A DNA stretch of 64,000 nucleotides from Octopus bimaculoides (Eukaryota). The notes beneath the pieces are model-generated. The model saw only the letters and a program-made list of their open reading frames with translations. It was not told the origin of the DNA and ran no database searches. The stretch lies in contig NC_068982.1 in NCBI RefSeq assembly GCF_001194135.2, positions 86,118,629 to 86,182,628 of the forward strand. Reading direction: 5' to 3'. Every line of letters starts with the position of its first letter. The first letter of the stretch is position 1. The position numbers and the translations under genes were made by a program. Shown here in pieces: positions 25,471 through 38,039 of this stretch.

Positions 25471-25954
25471 TGAGTGAGAGCAAAGCTTTCAGTTGTGTCT
25501 TGCAGAAGAACATTCTAATAAACTTGACTACACATAAGGTTAATCTTTCTCTCATCTTTTGGATATTCATCAACTGGGCTGGCTTTCCTTGATCCACACA
25601 TTATCAACTCTGATTTCTTAAAATTTGATTATGTTTCACACTCTTTTCTCTCTCTACATTATTAACCTTCTTACAGCTATTTCTAACGATTTACACTCTT
25701 ATACAGATTACTCTCATTAACATTTTTCACACAAGTGCCATCTATATGTAGCTATAATGCCACATGTCTAACATAAATGTTTTTATAAATACTGAAAACA
25801 ACTTGAAATTTTGAAAACTAGTTCATTTCAATAAAATAGGCACAATCACAACATATTTCAGTGAAACAGTCTTGCTTTACAATCTTTTTTTTTTCTCTTT
25901 TTGTTGATGATGAATAAACAACTAAAATCCTCAAAGTTACTTGAAATGTAAATT

Positions 25955-26200
25955 TTGAAATTTCTGATAAGCTTCCCTGGTCCTAACTCATTTACAACAC
26001 AACAAAAAACAGTAGAATCTCAAAGACTAGATAACAGTTCAGTCCAAATAATTACTGACCCTTTGCAAAGCAAAATTCACCATACATTAGAATATCAATT
26101 ACATATTTGGGAGGGTACTGCTACATATACAAACACTGTAGACCATATCAAATTAAAAACTATCCAATTTATTAACAAACTTTCACTCACCAATACCCTT
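25955..26200 (+). mobile_element. CR1/Jockey-like LINE C-terminal remnant
   Basis: LEYQLHIWEG..DHIKLKTIQFINK..LTNTLQ resembles the EYCSHIWGG..DRIQ.KA.RLI motif. Confidence 0.4.
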
Positions 26201-26239
26201 CAGTATGGGTGTGCCATATGGGTAGCTAGTGCCTGAAAC

Positions 26240-26480
26240 TACAAATATTATGGCCTATATATTATAGACTAAAACTATAAATGTTGGTATGAATACAAAT
26301 TTATAGTCAGGGCAGAAGAATATCTTTGAATCAGCTGTCCATAGTTATTCTTCACTTCACTGACTTTGAAAGAAATGTTCAAATTTGCTGGGCAACTAAG
26401 CTCTATAACTGTACATGGCTTTTCTTTTTTGTCCCGAATAACTATGTTAGGTCTGTTATGTTTGCACTTGGTCAAGAGCC
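26240..26480 (-). mobile_element. R4/Dong-type RLE endonuclease fragment
   Basis: KCKHNRPNIVIRDKKEKPCTVIELSCPANLNI..NYGQL (PD-(D/E)xK-like). Confidence 0.7.
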
Positions 26481-26559
26481 CGGGAACAGGGGCTGCACTT
26501 GCACCCCCTAGAATTTTTAGTGGTGCAAAATCAAAATTTGCTAAGTTCAGAAAATAGTG

Positions 26560-27452
26560 TCTAAAAATTGATCTGTAAAAGTTGCTTCAAGTTATATTTC
26601 TTTACAAATCAAAAACAAAGGACAAAAATGAATTGAAAAGGTGAGGAGTACTCCTGGAGAGAAGGGCAGACATATTGCTAAAAAGTGCCAAAAAGTGATT
26701 GACACCAATACTGGCCAACAACAGATTAATGATATTACAAAAGTTCTTAAAGGGGCAAATAAACAATATGTTGAAAAGCTCTCGCTAAGTGATACAGCAT
26801 CTTTCAGACATGCACCTTTGACATTGGTCAAAGTTGAAAGGTCTTTTTCAAAACTAAAACATATGCTTTCAGATTGAAGGTTGAATTTGACCTGTGAAAA
26901 CGTAAAAAAAGCTTATAGTGACGTCTTGTAATAATACCTATTGTAATGGTGGTGATGTATAAACGTTTTTGGTTACTGCGGTTTGGCACTGTTTTCTTAG
27001 TTTTATTTTATTTCTATTTTTAGAAAGAGTGTTCTCTTTTCTATCTGTCTGTTTTCTTATAACTTTTTCGTTTCATACGGATTATAAATTCCATTCATCA
27101 AATTGTACAAAATTATGTTATCTTATTTAACATTGTAATAAACATTTTCAGTTTTGACAAATTTCAATTTTATTGCCTGTGTTATAAACACTTTCTACTG
27201 AAAAATAAACAGGCTTAACCCTTGCTTCATGACTATATATACAATCCTATCAGCATATCTCATTAAGCAATACTTCCTCTTCATTATACAATTCTAATTT
27301 TTAGTACCATAAACACCTATGTACCCTATAAATACTATGTTTACTTGTTTAAATTCCTGTTTGTTAGTGGTATAAATGCCGGTTTTAATGCAATAAATGC
27401 CTGCCATACATGCCTCTTTTTAAGTGCCTTAATGTCTTGCCCTTAGTTATTA
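26560..27452 (+). mobile_element. hAT-like transposon 3' end (C-terminal dimerisation region)
   Basis: FRHAPLTLVKVERSFSKLKHMLSD*RLNLTCENVK; repeated ATAAATGCC-like subterminal motifs at about 27370-27430. Confidence 0.65.
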
Positions 27453-27454
27453 GC

Positions 27455-28288
27455 ATATCCTGTGAGAGAGTTGAGAATATTCTGCACAATGAACTTGGTT
27501 CATGCTCGATGGGTGACACCTGATCAAAAGTGCATCAGGTTGATCACATTATAGGAATATCTGACATTGTTTGAGGCAGATCCAGCTAGTTTCCTTGAAC
27601 GTTTTCTAGGATGTGTGTTGGCTTCATCACTTTGAACAGAAACAAAGAGATAATCTATGCAGTAGAAACACTCCTCTTCACCCGCTCCAAAGAAGGCCGG
27701 AAAGGTGATGGCCTCAGTTTTTGGACTACAAAAGGCATTCTGTTTATTGACTATCTTCAAACTGATCACACCATCAATGGAGAGTTCTGTGCCAACTTGC
27801 TAAGGCAGTTACGAAAGGCTATCAAGACCAAACGCCCAGAAAAACTGATGAAGGGGGTCTTGTCTCATTAGGACAATGCTTCAGTAGACAAGTCCTTGGT
27901 TTCAATGGTTGCTGTGCATGACTGGCTTTGAACTGGTTGATCACTCTCTTTATTTTAGGGATTTGGGTCCATCTGACTATCGTCTGTTTCCCAACATGAA
28001 AAAACCCTTGGCTGGGCACCAGTATCACAGGCACTTATCGATCTTAATGTTAGTGCAGATTGTTCAGCAAATGCTTTGTCTGAACATGTTTTAAATGCAC
28101 CAGGTCTTATCTGCTGTTGACTTATTTGACCAACAGAATAGCTTCTTCACCAATGTAATACAAGCACTACTACACAGATAGAAGAAGTGTGTGAACAGTA
28201 AGAGGAACTAAGTTAAAAAATGAATTTCATTTGGTTACATTCCATGGAGGTGTCTAGCTCAGCCTATGAACTTTTTAGCCAACCCTCA
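27455..28288 (+). mobile_element. mariner 3' half (second family)
   Basis: KGILFIDYL..TINGEF, YFRDLGPSDYRLFPNMKK; TIR AGCCTATGAACTTTTTAGCCAACCCTCA followed by TA. Confidence 0.8.
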
Positions 28289-28321
28289 TAATAATAAAAA
28301 TTATTATTATATCTGCATTTA

Positions 28322-28523
28322 AGGCAGTGAGCTGGCAGAATCATTAGCACACTGGGCATTTTGTTTGTCTTTATGTTCTGAGTTCAAATTCCACCGAAGC
28401 CAACTTTGCCATTCATCCTTAAGGGGTTAATAAATTGTGTACCAGTCAAATACTGGAGTTGATGTGATTGACTATCCCCTTCCCCCACAAATTTCAGGCC
28501 ATATACCTATAGTAAAAAGAAGG
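28322..28523 (+). mobile_element. Second SINE family (Nin-domain-like)
   Basis: GGCAGTGAGCTGGCAGAA head, GAGTTCAAATTCC B box, TTTGCCATTCATCCTTAAGGGGTTAATAAATTGTGTACCAG resembling the Nin domain. Confidence 0.7.
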
Positions 28524-28769
28524 AGAAAGGATTATACTGGCATTTGCTTTAATATTAACAATGAAAAAAAATCCACATTTTTCTGAAAATATTTTGCACC
28601 CCCTAAGCNNNNNNNNNNNNNNNNNNNNNNNNNNNNNNNNNNNNNNNNNNNNNNNNNNNNNNNNNNNNNNNNNNNNNNNNNNNNNNNNNNNNNNNNNNNN
28701 NNNNNNNNNNNNNNNNNNNNNNNNNNNNNNNNNNNNNNNNNNNNNNNNNNNNNNNNNNATATATATGTA

Positions 28770-29715
28770 TTTCAGAACAGTCCTTTTTGCAGATGACATT
28801 GTGTATTGTTTTAGCAACAGCATCATGTTGCAGTGGGAAGTAGTATCTTGATGACATTTTTGGACAGCAGTTGTGTTGTCTTCCACAGAAGAGTGACAAA
28901 ATCAATAGTTGTGGTTACATCTTAGGGTTTTAAGGATTTCACTGTTATGTTTGTTCATGAGATATTTTGTAGCTATCTCCTGCTGTCAGTTTGCAAAAGT
29001 GTAGCCTTCAAGATGTAACATGATGTAGCTGTCATGAATCCAAGAGAAGCCACACTTCATGCTTTATATTGTTATCCTAGAAAAGGATGATAATATTAGC
29101 ATGTTTTACAGGAAACATACCTATGCATAACTTTGGTGGTATGTAGACTGTTTCTCTTCAAGGTCTCTGCTGAGATGTGTGAGCCTAGCACTTCTGGGTT
29201 CATATTGGATGTCATCAAGGTATGAGCATTTCTTGAAGAGTTCACTGCCAACCCACAGAATTGCCTTTTTGTTTTTTTAGCAGATGCTGTTTGAGTGACA
29301 TTATTAAGCACTTGAAGGTTGTCTGTACTGATCTTAAACTTCTTATTCCCTCTCTTCTTCTAAGATAGAATTTGTTTCTGTGAAAATTTGCTGTCAATGT
29401 CAAGCTCATGCAGGTTTTAATATCTATAGAACAGATTTTCTCTACAGACCCGCCAAGCATCTCAAATTTTGATATGAGTATGGGTACTGCAAATGCATTG
29501 TGGGATATTGTCTTATATAGGAATAAAGTTCTTACTGCTATATCTCTTTGATTACTCTTCCCTGGTTCACATTGCCAGTGTATGATATATTCATATAAAT
29601 ACTTACATATCTGTTGTATTTTTGTGGAACAGGGGAGACAGAGAGAGTATTGACACAACTTTGCAGGTTAACTATTAGTTTTTCTTTTAGAAAAATGATA
29701 TCTTTCATCACAGGC
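28770..29715 (-). mobile_element. R4/Dong-type LINE: RT thumb to CCHC knuckle, decayed
   Basis: CKYL, KTISHNAFAVPIL, SIDIKT..LTLTANFHRN..FYLRRREGIRSL, KVMHRY, QEIATKYL, CPKMSSRYYFPLQHDAVAKTIHN. Confidence 0.8.
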
Positions 29716-29923
29716 TTTTAAAATAAAATGAAAAATTTATTGTAGATCTATTGATTTCAAGACTAAATTCATTGTAAATATTTATTTACATTTTAAACAG
29801 ATTTATGAAGAGGAGTAAAACTATGAAAATGAGAACTAGGTTTTTTTTAATTACTCATATATCTACTTTTTATATTTCCACATTTCAGTGTGTTTGCTGA
29901 GTAGTTTTTCTAAAGATACATAC

Positions 29924-29942
29924 TTCAATTTTTAGCTTGTAA
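29924..29942 (-). CDS. Possible 19-nt microexon (-YKLKIE)
   Basis: Acceptor gtcatcttcag, donor GAA|gtatgt, phase 2 to 0, fits exon 30062-30291. Confidence 0.25.
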
Positions 29943-30061
29943 CTGAAGATGACTTTCTATTAAAGTAAACTTCAGTATATAACAATGCAAAAGGGGAAAC
30001 AATTGAGATTAACAATTAAAATTTAGATATAAAAAAGATGGAGGAAGAAAATACTACTAAC

Positions 30062-30291
30062 CCAAAATTGGCATATTGATCAACAAATACACCAAGTTCC
30101 ATTAGGAAAGCATCAGAGATACTTGGCAAAACCATACTGTCTGAGGGAGCAGGAGGTTGCAAAAATGTATTTGTCAAACTAAATGCATTAGCTTTTGAGG
30201 TATCATTACAATCAGAAGCATTTTCTGCTAATTCTGTTAGTTCTGGCATTTTCATGTGTTTCATTTGTTCACGTTTTCTGGCAAGATTATT
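30062..30291 (-). CDS. Internal exon of an unidentified host gene (NNLARKREQMK...MELGVFVDQYANFG)
   Basis: Acceptor tttttgttttttcctcag, donor GG|gttagt, 230-nt open frame phase 0 to 2, no TE motif. Confidence 0.6.
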
Positions 30292-30979
30292 CTGAGGAAA
30301 AAACAAAATAGAAAAAAAATATTAATAATTTAGAAAAATTGATAAATTCTTATATGAACCAACTACAAACTTTTACTGTAACAAAGATACATTTCTCCTA
30401 AATGAATCAACCTATAAAAATACTTAATGAACTTAAACAGTATTGTTTTCACCAGTCTGGGGTTCTGAAAATGGGTATGGTTATTGCTCAAGCTAATAAA
30501 TATTATAAATTAACTTAACATTAAAATGGTATCGATGCTTATGTCTAAAATGAAAAGAATCTAAATATTGTATTTTTATTTATCATAAAAGAAAAAAAAC
30601 ATTTTGAGATATCTAATCCCACACCTGTTAAGTAGGTTTGGGATCAGATATCTCAAGAAATCTTTTGAACTCAATGTTATGAAGACAGCTTAAAGAATAT
30701 TCCCCACCACACACACACACACACACACACATGCAGTTATTGGGTTATTGTTCTGGTGAAGCTTTGAGTCATTGCTGATTGAGCTCTCCTATGGCATGCA
30801 AGTAGTTGGTTGAATGTTTAGACATAACATATCTTTTGTTCTGAATATATCATGTTGATACATTGACATACAGCGACAAACCATATGGAGTACACTGTGA
30901 CAGTTTTATCATGTACATGGTGCATTGGTTTTTTGAAGATACCTCTTTCAAGAGGTCTTTCTTCTAACTTTTTTTTTAC

Positions 30980-31014
30980 CTTAATTTTCAGATAAATAAT
31001 GCTCTGAGCTGAAA
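30980..31014 (-). CDS. 35-nt internal exon (-SAQSIIYLKIK)
   Basis: Acceptor ttttatttttag, donor AAG|gtaaaa, phase 1 to 0, bridges the two neighbouring exons in frame. Confidence 0.55.
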
Positions 31015-31122
31015 CTAAAAATAAAAAAATTTTTTAAAAAAATCATTTTCACTCAGTAAATGGAAAGGCCCACTGTAATTGTTGCCTTAAAAACACAGTG
31101 TAATGATACTGGAATAGCTCAC

Positions 31123-31200
31123 TTCCTGAAAGTTTTGAATCCTTAGCTGTCAAAGTTTGAAAGGAGCTGGAATCTGTTGATGGAGATTCAACACCAGCAG
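31123..31200 (-). CDS. 78-nt internal exon (-AGVESPSTDSSSFQTLTAKDSKLSG-)
   Basis: Acceptor cattttacatttag, donor GAA|gtgagc, phase 1 to 1, open. Confidence 0.55.
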
Positions 31201-31219
31201 CTAAATGTAAAATGCATGC

Positions 31220-32110
31220 ACAGGATCCTAATACCATCAGAACACATAACCTTATACAAAAAGTCCAAGAAATAATCAATGAAAACTCCAGAAAGTCAAT
31301 CAGAGCCATTGCAAAGGACCTCTAAGTTTCAGAATGCACTATCAGAAGAGTTGTGCATGAGGACATCCAGTACAAGTCACACATGATGTGGAGGGGTCAG
31401 TTTATGTTGGATGTGATAAGAGAAATCATTCACTCCATACAAGTGCTTGCTAAACAAGTCAAAATACCTAGAGGCTGGAATCTTTGGTTTTTCAGTCAGG
31501 ACCAAAAGGTAAAGTGAATGAAAAGCATATGGCTACACAGAGACCCAAATTAGGTTCCAACGGTCATGCACACTAAGTTCTCAGTAACCGTGATGGTTTG
31601 GGGAGTTATCAGCAACAGTGGAGATGTCATGCCTCTTCACTGTTTTTCACAGGGTTTAAGAGTCAATACCACTGTCTACACAGAGATGTTGTAGAAATTT
31701 GTGAGGCCCTGAATAGACAGAGTACACAATGGAAGACTACATATTTCAATAAGATGCTGTGCTGTCTCATAAAGCAAGGACAACCCAAGCATAGATGCAT
31801 GCCAAACTCCATGACCATGTTCTTCCAGATACATGGCCTCCTAGTGCACCAAACCTCAATCTACTGGACTATTACATTTGGGCATAGTCAAAACAGAGGT
31901 CAATCAACACCTTCATAACACCATACAATCTCTTAAGTCCATCATAATCATCACTGTGTCCAAAATTGATAAAGATCACCTGATTCAGGCATGTCAACAC
32001 TTCCAACCTTATATTGAAGCAACTATTGATGCTAATGGTGGAATCATTGAATAAGTGTATATGTTTCAAATACAGCATTTCTTTGATGAGCAATGTGTCT
32101 TTTTTTTGAA
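31220..32110 (+). mobile_element. DD37D (maT-like) transposon, decayed
   Basis: Homologous to 57445-58662 (KSIRAIAKDL, HTKFSVTVMV, SPNLNLLDYY-like). Confidence 0.75.
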
Positions 32111-32199
32111 TCCATACAAATGACCTCAAAAAGCTGATGTCCTATGTATTCTCTCCACTGTTAAGTCTATCTCTGGTTTGTGGTCACAGCTAAAGTGAT

Positions 32200-33060
32200 T
32201 CTAAAGTAAGTAAAGTGGACTTGGTATGTTGTTTCATTCTCTGCACCTATCACTGGCAGTATGCATCCCAACACAGTGCATAGAGATATTCAAGTTATTG
32301 GTAATGTTGCTACTATTTTTGTGTATATGTGAAATCATTTATGTTAATCCAAGCTGATGGGGAAAGAGATAGGATCTTAGGGTTGTGTTCTATAGTGTCT
32401 TATATATGTATAGTTCTATAGTGTCTTATATATGTATGTTTAGTGTGACAACAATATAGCAGTCTTAATTTTAATATTTTTATATTTAGTTTGTTGTTTG
32501 TGAAGGAAGTCTATGTATAAATTACTATGAAATGTAGTAAACTTTGTAGCTTATTAAGGTTTCCTCTGGAGAAATGGGGACTCGAGCAGGGTAGGTATAA
32601 TCCATTGACTGAATGCCATTGTCATCTCTTTCTGTAGGTTATATGTGGTAGCTGTGAGTATCCTAAGGGCATTTGTGTGTCATATTGCTTTCTTCACTAT
32701 GTTACATTCTTACTGTTGTGGAGGTGTTTCATTTAACTTCTAATACTTTTGTCTTCTATGCTTGTGTTGCTCGAGCGCAACAGTTGTCTTTGACATTTCT
32801 TAGAGTTACTTGTAAGAATAAAGGTAGTGAAATAAGTTATATTTTAAGCCTTTTGTATTAGAACAAAGTTTCTATGGGATTGATATGTGTTGGATTAGTT
32901 ATATAGTTGTATCTGGATGATTGTGAATGAGATATAGTGAGTATGAGGCTATGCATATATTTTGAGGAGAGGTGGGAAGTTTGTGCAGATATAGGTTGAA
33001 AAAAATTAGTGAGAGGATGAATCCTTGTGTTAACCTTGATAGAATCAGTAATTAATCAAA
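32200..33060 (-). mobile_element. Very decayed I/Jockey-like RT remnant
   Basis: QGFILSLIFFNLYLHKLP..NICIASY resembles PQGSVLSPxLFNxY..DLP..YADD. Confidence 0.45.
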
Positions 33061-33324
33061 ATGTATGTGATTGTAAGCTTGGTTCACAGAATTATGTACA
33101 CACATACACACTTAATAACTAAAGAGCCAGAAATGCACATCTGAGAATTCATAGAGGGAATCACTGAGCAGATATGGTGTTTTGAAACCTTTTACCATAA
33201 GAGAGATTATTTTTCCACAGTAACTTCAGTGAATTTGCCTTTAGAAGTTAAAATATGTCAGAAACATATTTAACTAACCTTAAGTTCATTTATACTTCAT
33301 CACTGCTCGGCACTGATGCTCCTA

Positions 33325-33735
33325 TATCATTATCATCATCATTTAACAACTGTTTGCCATGCTGGCTTGACAGAAGCTGGCAATCCAGAGGACTACACCG
33401 TCCTCTACTGTCTGTTTTGATATGGTTTTTGCAATTGGATGCCTTTCCTAATGCCAACCACTTTACAGATTGGACTGGGTGTTTTTCACATGGCGCCAGC
33501 ACTAGTGAGGTCTGTTTTGGCATGGTTTTTACAGCTAGATGCCCTTCCTAACACCAGCTACTTTACAGAGTGGACTAGGTGCTTTTCACGTGGCACCAGC
33601 ACTGGCAAAGTCTGTTTTGGCATGGCTTTTTTTATGGTGGAATATTCTTCCTAATGCCAACCACTTTTCAGTGTGGACTGGATGTTTTTTACATGTCACC
33701 AGCACTGGCAAAGTCACCAAGTAACTTGCAAGACA
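33325..33735 (-). mobile_element. RTE-family 3' tail with three 100-bp tandem units
   Basis: (GAT)n tail; TCTGTTTTG unit starts at 33411, 33511 and 33611. Confidence 0.8.
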
Positions 33736-33744
33736 AAGATTCTT

Positions 33745-34826
33745 TTGAGAGGGGGGTGTACTGTCAACGCAGACTTAGGTTTCTCCTCTGCTGGACTCCT
33801 TTTTGGTACCGTCCTGGCACTCTCTGGTACAATGTTGGTGTCAGACAATTCATCGCATCCTGATCTAACATTGTATGTCACCAGACTTCGCTTGTATTTC
33901 TCAAGTCTTCCACCCATGCATCCACGTGACCAGTCTATTCCCTCTCACGTCCCACCAGACATTGACAAATGGACTCATGTTCTTTTTTGGGATGATTCTA
34001 TCAAAGGACCTCTTGTTTCTCCTTATAAAGGACCATTTCGTGTGCTATCACGCAAACCCAAAACTTTTAGTCTCGACATCAATGGTCGAGCAGAGACCAT
34101 GTCAGTCGACAGACTTAAAAGGGCACATTTTGAGGGGTCCACACCCTTTGATGACACCCCTTTTGATCCTTTACAACCACCTACACACCCACCTCAACAT
34201 GCACCTTTGACCACATCAATACCTGCACATGCACCATTGATCACACCATCACCTTCGTGACCACTACCTAACACGAACAAACCCTATGTCACTAGGACAG
34301 GCTGCACTGTGCATTGGCCCAAAAAACTCACCAGAACTATTTACATCTAACTTTTTTTGTTTTCCTGTGACAGACAATTGTTTTCTCGTGTGCTGAACAA
34401 TTCCAATGCCTTGCCATTGAACATTGTCAAAAATTTTGTGCATGCTGCTTTTATATTACTTGTAATTATTTTTCTCAACTTATCACATTTTGTTTTATAT
34501 TTTGTACCATATTTTGTTGTTTGTGATCAGTGGCCACTTTTGTTTTCTTGTGCCTGCTCCAGTCATTCTAATTTCGCACTAGTGTTCTCATGGGGAGCTC
34601 TTGTAGTGTGGCACAAGTAGCCAGCCCCATTGTGTACGAGATCTTGCTGGCAGCCATTATCTTGTCCGAAACAAGAGCGAGATCTCGCATACAACTATTG
34701 CCATGCGCGACACCACAACGAGGCTCTCGTCAACAATGGCTATTTAAGCAGGTACGAAAGATGTTCAACCTCTTAGTCTTCTCCAACTCGCTTACACTGA
34801 GGGACACTACGAAACAGGCAGCTACA
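33745..34826 (+). mobile_element. Gypsy LTR retrotransposon 3' end (integrase C-terminus plus 3' LTR 34602-34826)
   Basis: NADLGFSSAGLLFG, PYKGPFRVL (GPY/F), VDRLKRAH; purine tract TGGGGAG; LTR TGTAG...CTACA with TATTTAA. Confidence 0.85.
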
Positions 34827-35075
34827 GCAGACTCTAACCCACTTTAATGACATATGCTATTCTCCAGAGGTAATGTACCTCACGTGAGTGAAGATACCAC
34901 AATCCATGCACTGCCATGAGGATGGACACCTAGAACGGGACACAATAAATGATTATTAAATTGCATCTGCTCGTGAGCTTCTTCTTTCACCATCCAGATC
35001 CCCAAGACAAAAAATAATTATAATGGCAGAAGGTGATACTCTACCGGTATCATGAACCTTTCCTTTCCCTTATAG

Positions 35076-35208
35076 ACTTACTAGCAGAATGTTACAGTTC
35101 AAAATGTCTCACTGAGCGAAAGACATGCATTTTGGATTCTTTGGCTGAGTTAGTTAAGTTTTTGCATCTTTACTGGCATATCTTGATTAGATATGCTATT
35201 TCTTTAAG
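35076..35208 (+). CDS. Possible plus-strand exon (LLAECYSSKCLTERK...RYAISL)
   Basis: Strong acceptor cctttcctttcccttatag, weak donor AAG|gttaac, open frame; no homology recognised. Confidence 0.25.
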
Positions 35209-35469
35209 GTTAACCAGAAGTATAGTAATTACACACACACACACGGTTAGTACTCTAGATACAGTCATAAAAATGCAGTGCTAAATGAACTTCTTCCATC
35301 AAAATCATAACTATTGTTAACATGTGAATTTAAATTAGTACAATGTACAGTGCTTCTGCTAATTGCTTTAGGTGCCTATGTAATCATGAGGAGATAGGCA
35401 CCCTCTTAGACCTCCCGCCCTTTGACTTAATGGAACATTGAAGATGTGACAGTTGAAGGGAAAGGGGAC

Positions 35470-35650
35470 TGCATCAGCACTTGGTTGGTACTCCTTTTCA
35501 AGTGAGTTAGACTGGAATACTGTGAATGGAACACTTTGTTCAAGGACATAATTAAATTCACAGATTGTGAGTTTGATTTCTGGACTGGAATCAAATTTAC
35601 AACCTTAAAATTATGAACCCAACACTTTAACAACTAGGCCAAGCACCTTC
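35470..35650 (-). mobile_element. Degenerate tRNA-derived SINE
   Basis: Minus strand GGTGCTTGGCCTAGTTGTTAAAG head, TTGATTCC B-box remnant, TGTCCTTGAACAAAG body. Confidence 0.5.
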
Positions 35651-35771
35651 AGTAGCAGAGTCATTTAGGCTATTTTAAACAGCGACCGAAAGAGGACTGA
35701 AAATGTCATGGGGAGGGAAGTATTCAAAGTTTCTGACAGAGTCCTTCTTCATATTAAAGATGACAGAAGGA

Positions 35772-35811
<40 letters not shown>

Positions 35812-36099
35812 ATAAAACGACTGTAAAATTTTACACTTTTAATTTTTAAGAAATTGACTGCAACATTTTAACATTCATACAAGTGCAAATGAAGGTGATA
35901 AACTTTGACAAACAAGTGATCGTACCAAAGAATTGTTTTCACAACCTCAAATGCTAAATATCTTTAGATAATATTACTCATCACTTCACACATAGTGATA
36001 AAAAATTAGGAAGAAATTAGGAAACGAGTTTAATTAAAATTATTTAACAGATCAAACTAATTTTAATCACAAGTTCATAGCCTATCATCATCACACTCG

Positions 36100-36330
36100 T
36101 CATCATTATTTAATATTCATCTTCCATGCTGGTATGGATTGGATGGTTTAACAGGATAAAAAAAATAATAAATAAATGCAAGAACTGTATCAAACACCAA
36201 GATCTGTTTTGGAATGGTTTCTCTGTTTGGATGCCCTTCCTAATACCAAACCTCTTTACAGAATGTACTGGATATTTTTTCATGACACTAGCACTAGTTA
36301 CCAAGTAACAACCAAAACACAAAAAAGACC
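36100..36330 (-). mobile_element. RTE-family 3' tail fragment
   Basis: TCATCATTATTTAATATTCATCTTCCATGCTGG..GATGCCCTTCCTAATACC. Confidence 0.7.
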
Positions 36331-36449
36331 CTTATATCGAAGATGGGTAAATAAGGGAAATGTGAAAATGGATATACAACTTGAGATGAAATGAACTGGT
36401 AAATGACGATTTATTCTGTTATAAAATAGAATGATTGCCATACATGAAA

Positions 36450-36840
36450 TAAAATAAATGTAACAGGTTACAACAAAGATGTGTGAGAGATTTTGTGGTT
36501 TGGCTGGAGTGTTGATCTTGTAGACATAGTTGACATACTGTTTGGTGGCGTATAGAGGCAGCCGTTATTCTGTTGGTTGCGTGATGTTCATACAGCAATG
36601 ATGTAGGCAGACATCTGGTAGTGAAGATGAAAGCAGAGACTGGCTGGTGTCAGATACATCATTGCCGGAGATGAGTTGCATGTAGTTAGTGGTGTGTGCC
36701 AAAGGCCTAGAGCAGTTGAGAACTACTGTTCTTATAGAGATCAGTAAGCTCCTAGAGCTGGTGATTAATTTCCTGCATAAGGATAAATGAACTGTTGTGC
36801 CAACATGATTGGATGGCTGGAAACCAACCAATACAAACAA
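36450..36840 (-). mobile_element. Possible APE endonuclease remnant
   Basis: DVCL and GCLYTPPNS-like segments in broken frames. Confidence 0.3.
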
Positions 36841-37720
36841 CAAATTCAGCTAATCACAACGTCATGTGACATACTGGAATGAAAAGGTATGTGGAGCCGA
36901 TATCTGGGTATTTAAGCCTAGACAACCCATAACGAAAACATCTTATACATAATGACAGTGTAAATCACTTCTGCTACACCCTCAAGTTAGTGGGGATGTA
37001 GTAGAGAATGAGGTGGGTTTATGTCAATTGTTGAGAAGCTAAGGTATGATAGAGGAACAAATACAAATGTCTTATAGAAGAGATACATAGATACCCAGCA
37101 TTATTATGTAAAGGTGGGTGGAAATAGCAGGAAGGAAGATAATTATGGTGGTGACAAGGAGCCACAGCATATTCTCAAAGCACAAAAAGGTGAGTATAAG
37201 AGAGAATAGGAACAAAATTTAGGAAGGGTGGGTGGATAAGTTCATTGGGTTGTAAGAGGAAAATGACTGATAGAAATGGGTGTAGAGGTGAATGTAGTAA
37301 ATGAAACAAGTATGGAAGTCTGGTCACTGGTAAATATCAATATAGCAGGGAAAGGTACAAGAAAAGAAGAAACTTGTGAAGGAGGAGGTCATAAGTGGCA
37401 GTACAGGAAAGGAGGAGAGCAGCAGTATAACAAATTTGTAGGTAAATTGGAAAATATGTTGATGATGTGTGGGATAGGAGAAAGGGAGAAGAGCCATGTA
37501 TATGACAGAGATGAATGTCAGAAGTATGTAGGAGTGGCTATAGTGAGTGGAGGGTAAAAATGGAGGGAGTCAACAGCAGATATGCTAGGGTGATGAGAAT
37601 GGTAGCAGATGAGGTTGTTAAAGATAAGGTAATGTATCTCAGGGAGGCAAAATATGAGTAATTGTTGAAAAAAAAATTTGAAGGGATGATATTGTGGGAA
37701 AGCTTTTAAAAGAAGTTCAG

Positions 37721-37753
<33 letters not shown>

Positions 37754-38039
37754 NNNNNNNNNNNNNNNNNNNNNNNNNNNNNNNNNNNNNNNNNNNNNNN
37801 NNNNNNNNNNNNNNNNNNNNNNNNNNNNNNNNNNNNNNTGGAGGGGGGGGGAATATGTACATATTCTACTCTCATGTGATTATAGCACTGAATAGTGCCA
37901 TAATCAGAAGAGCAATAGGAAGATGAATGGTGGAGAAGGCTTGATGGGGACAGATTATATTACAAGGGCAGGGCCTAGTGAGGGTACAGACATAAACATC
38001 AAGATGGATGGATCTTCTCAAGTATAGTAAAGTGACAAT

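Noticed and set aside
29096-29715. Exon-like segments with good splice signals next to the host exons
   Set aside because: The translations match R4/Dong RT-thumb motifs, so they are part of a LINE.
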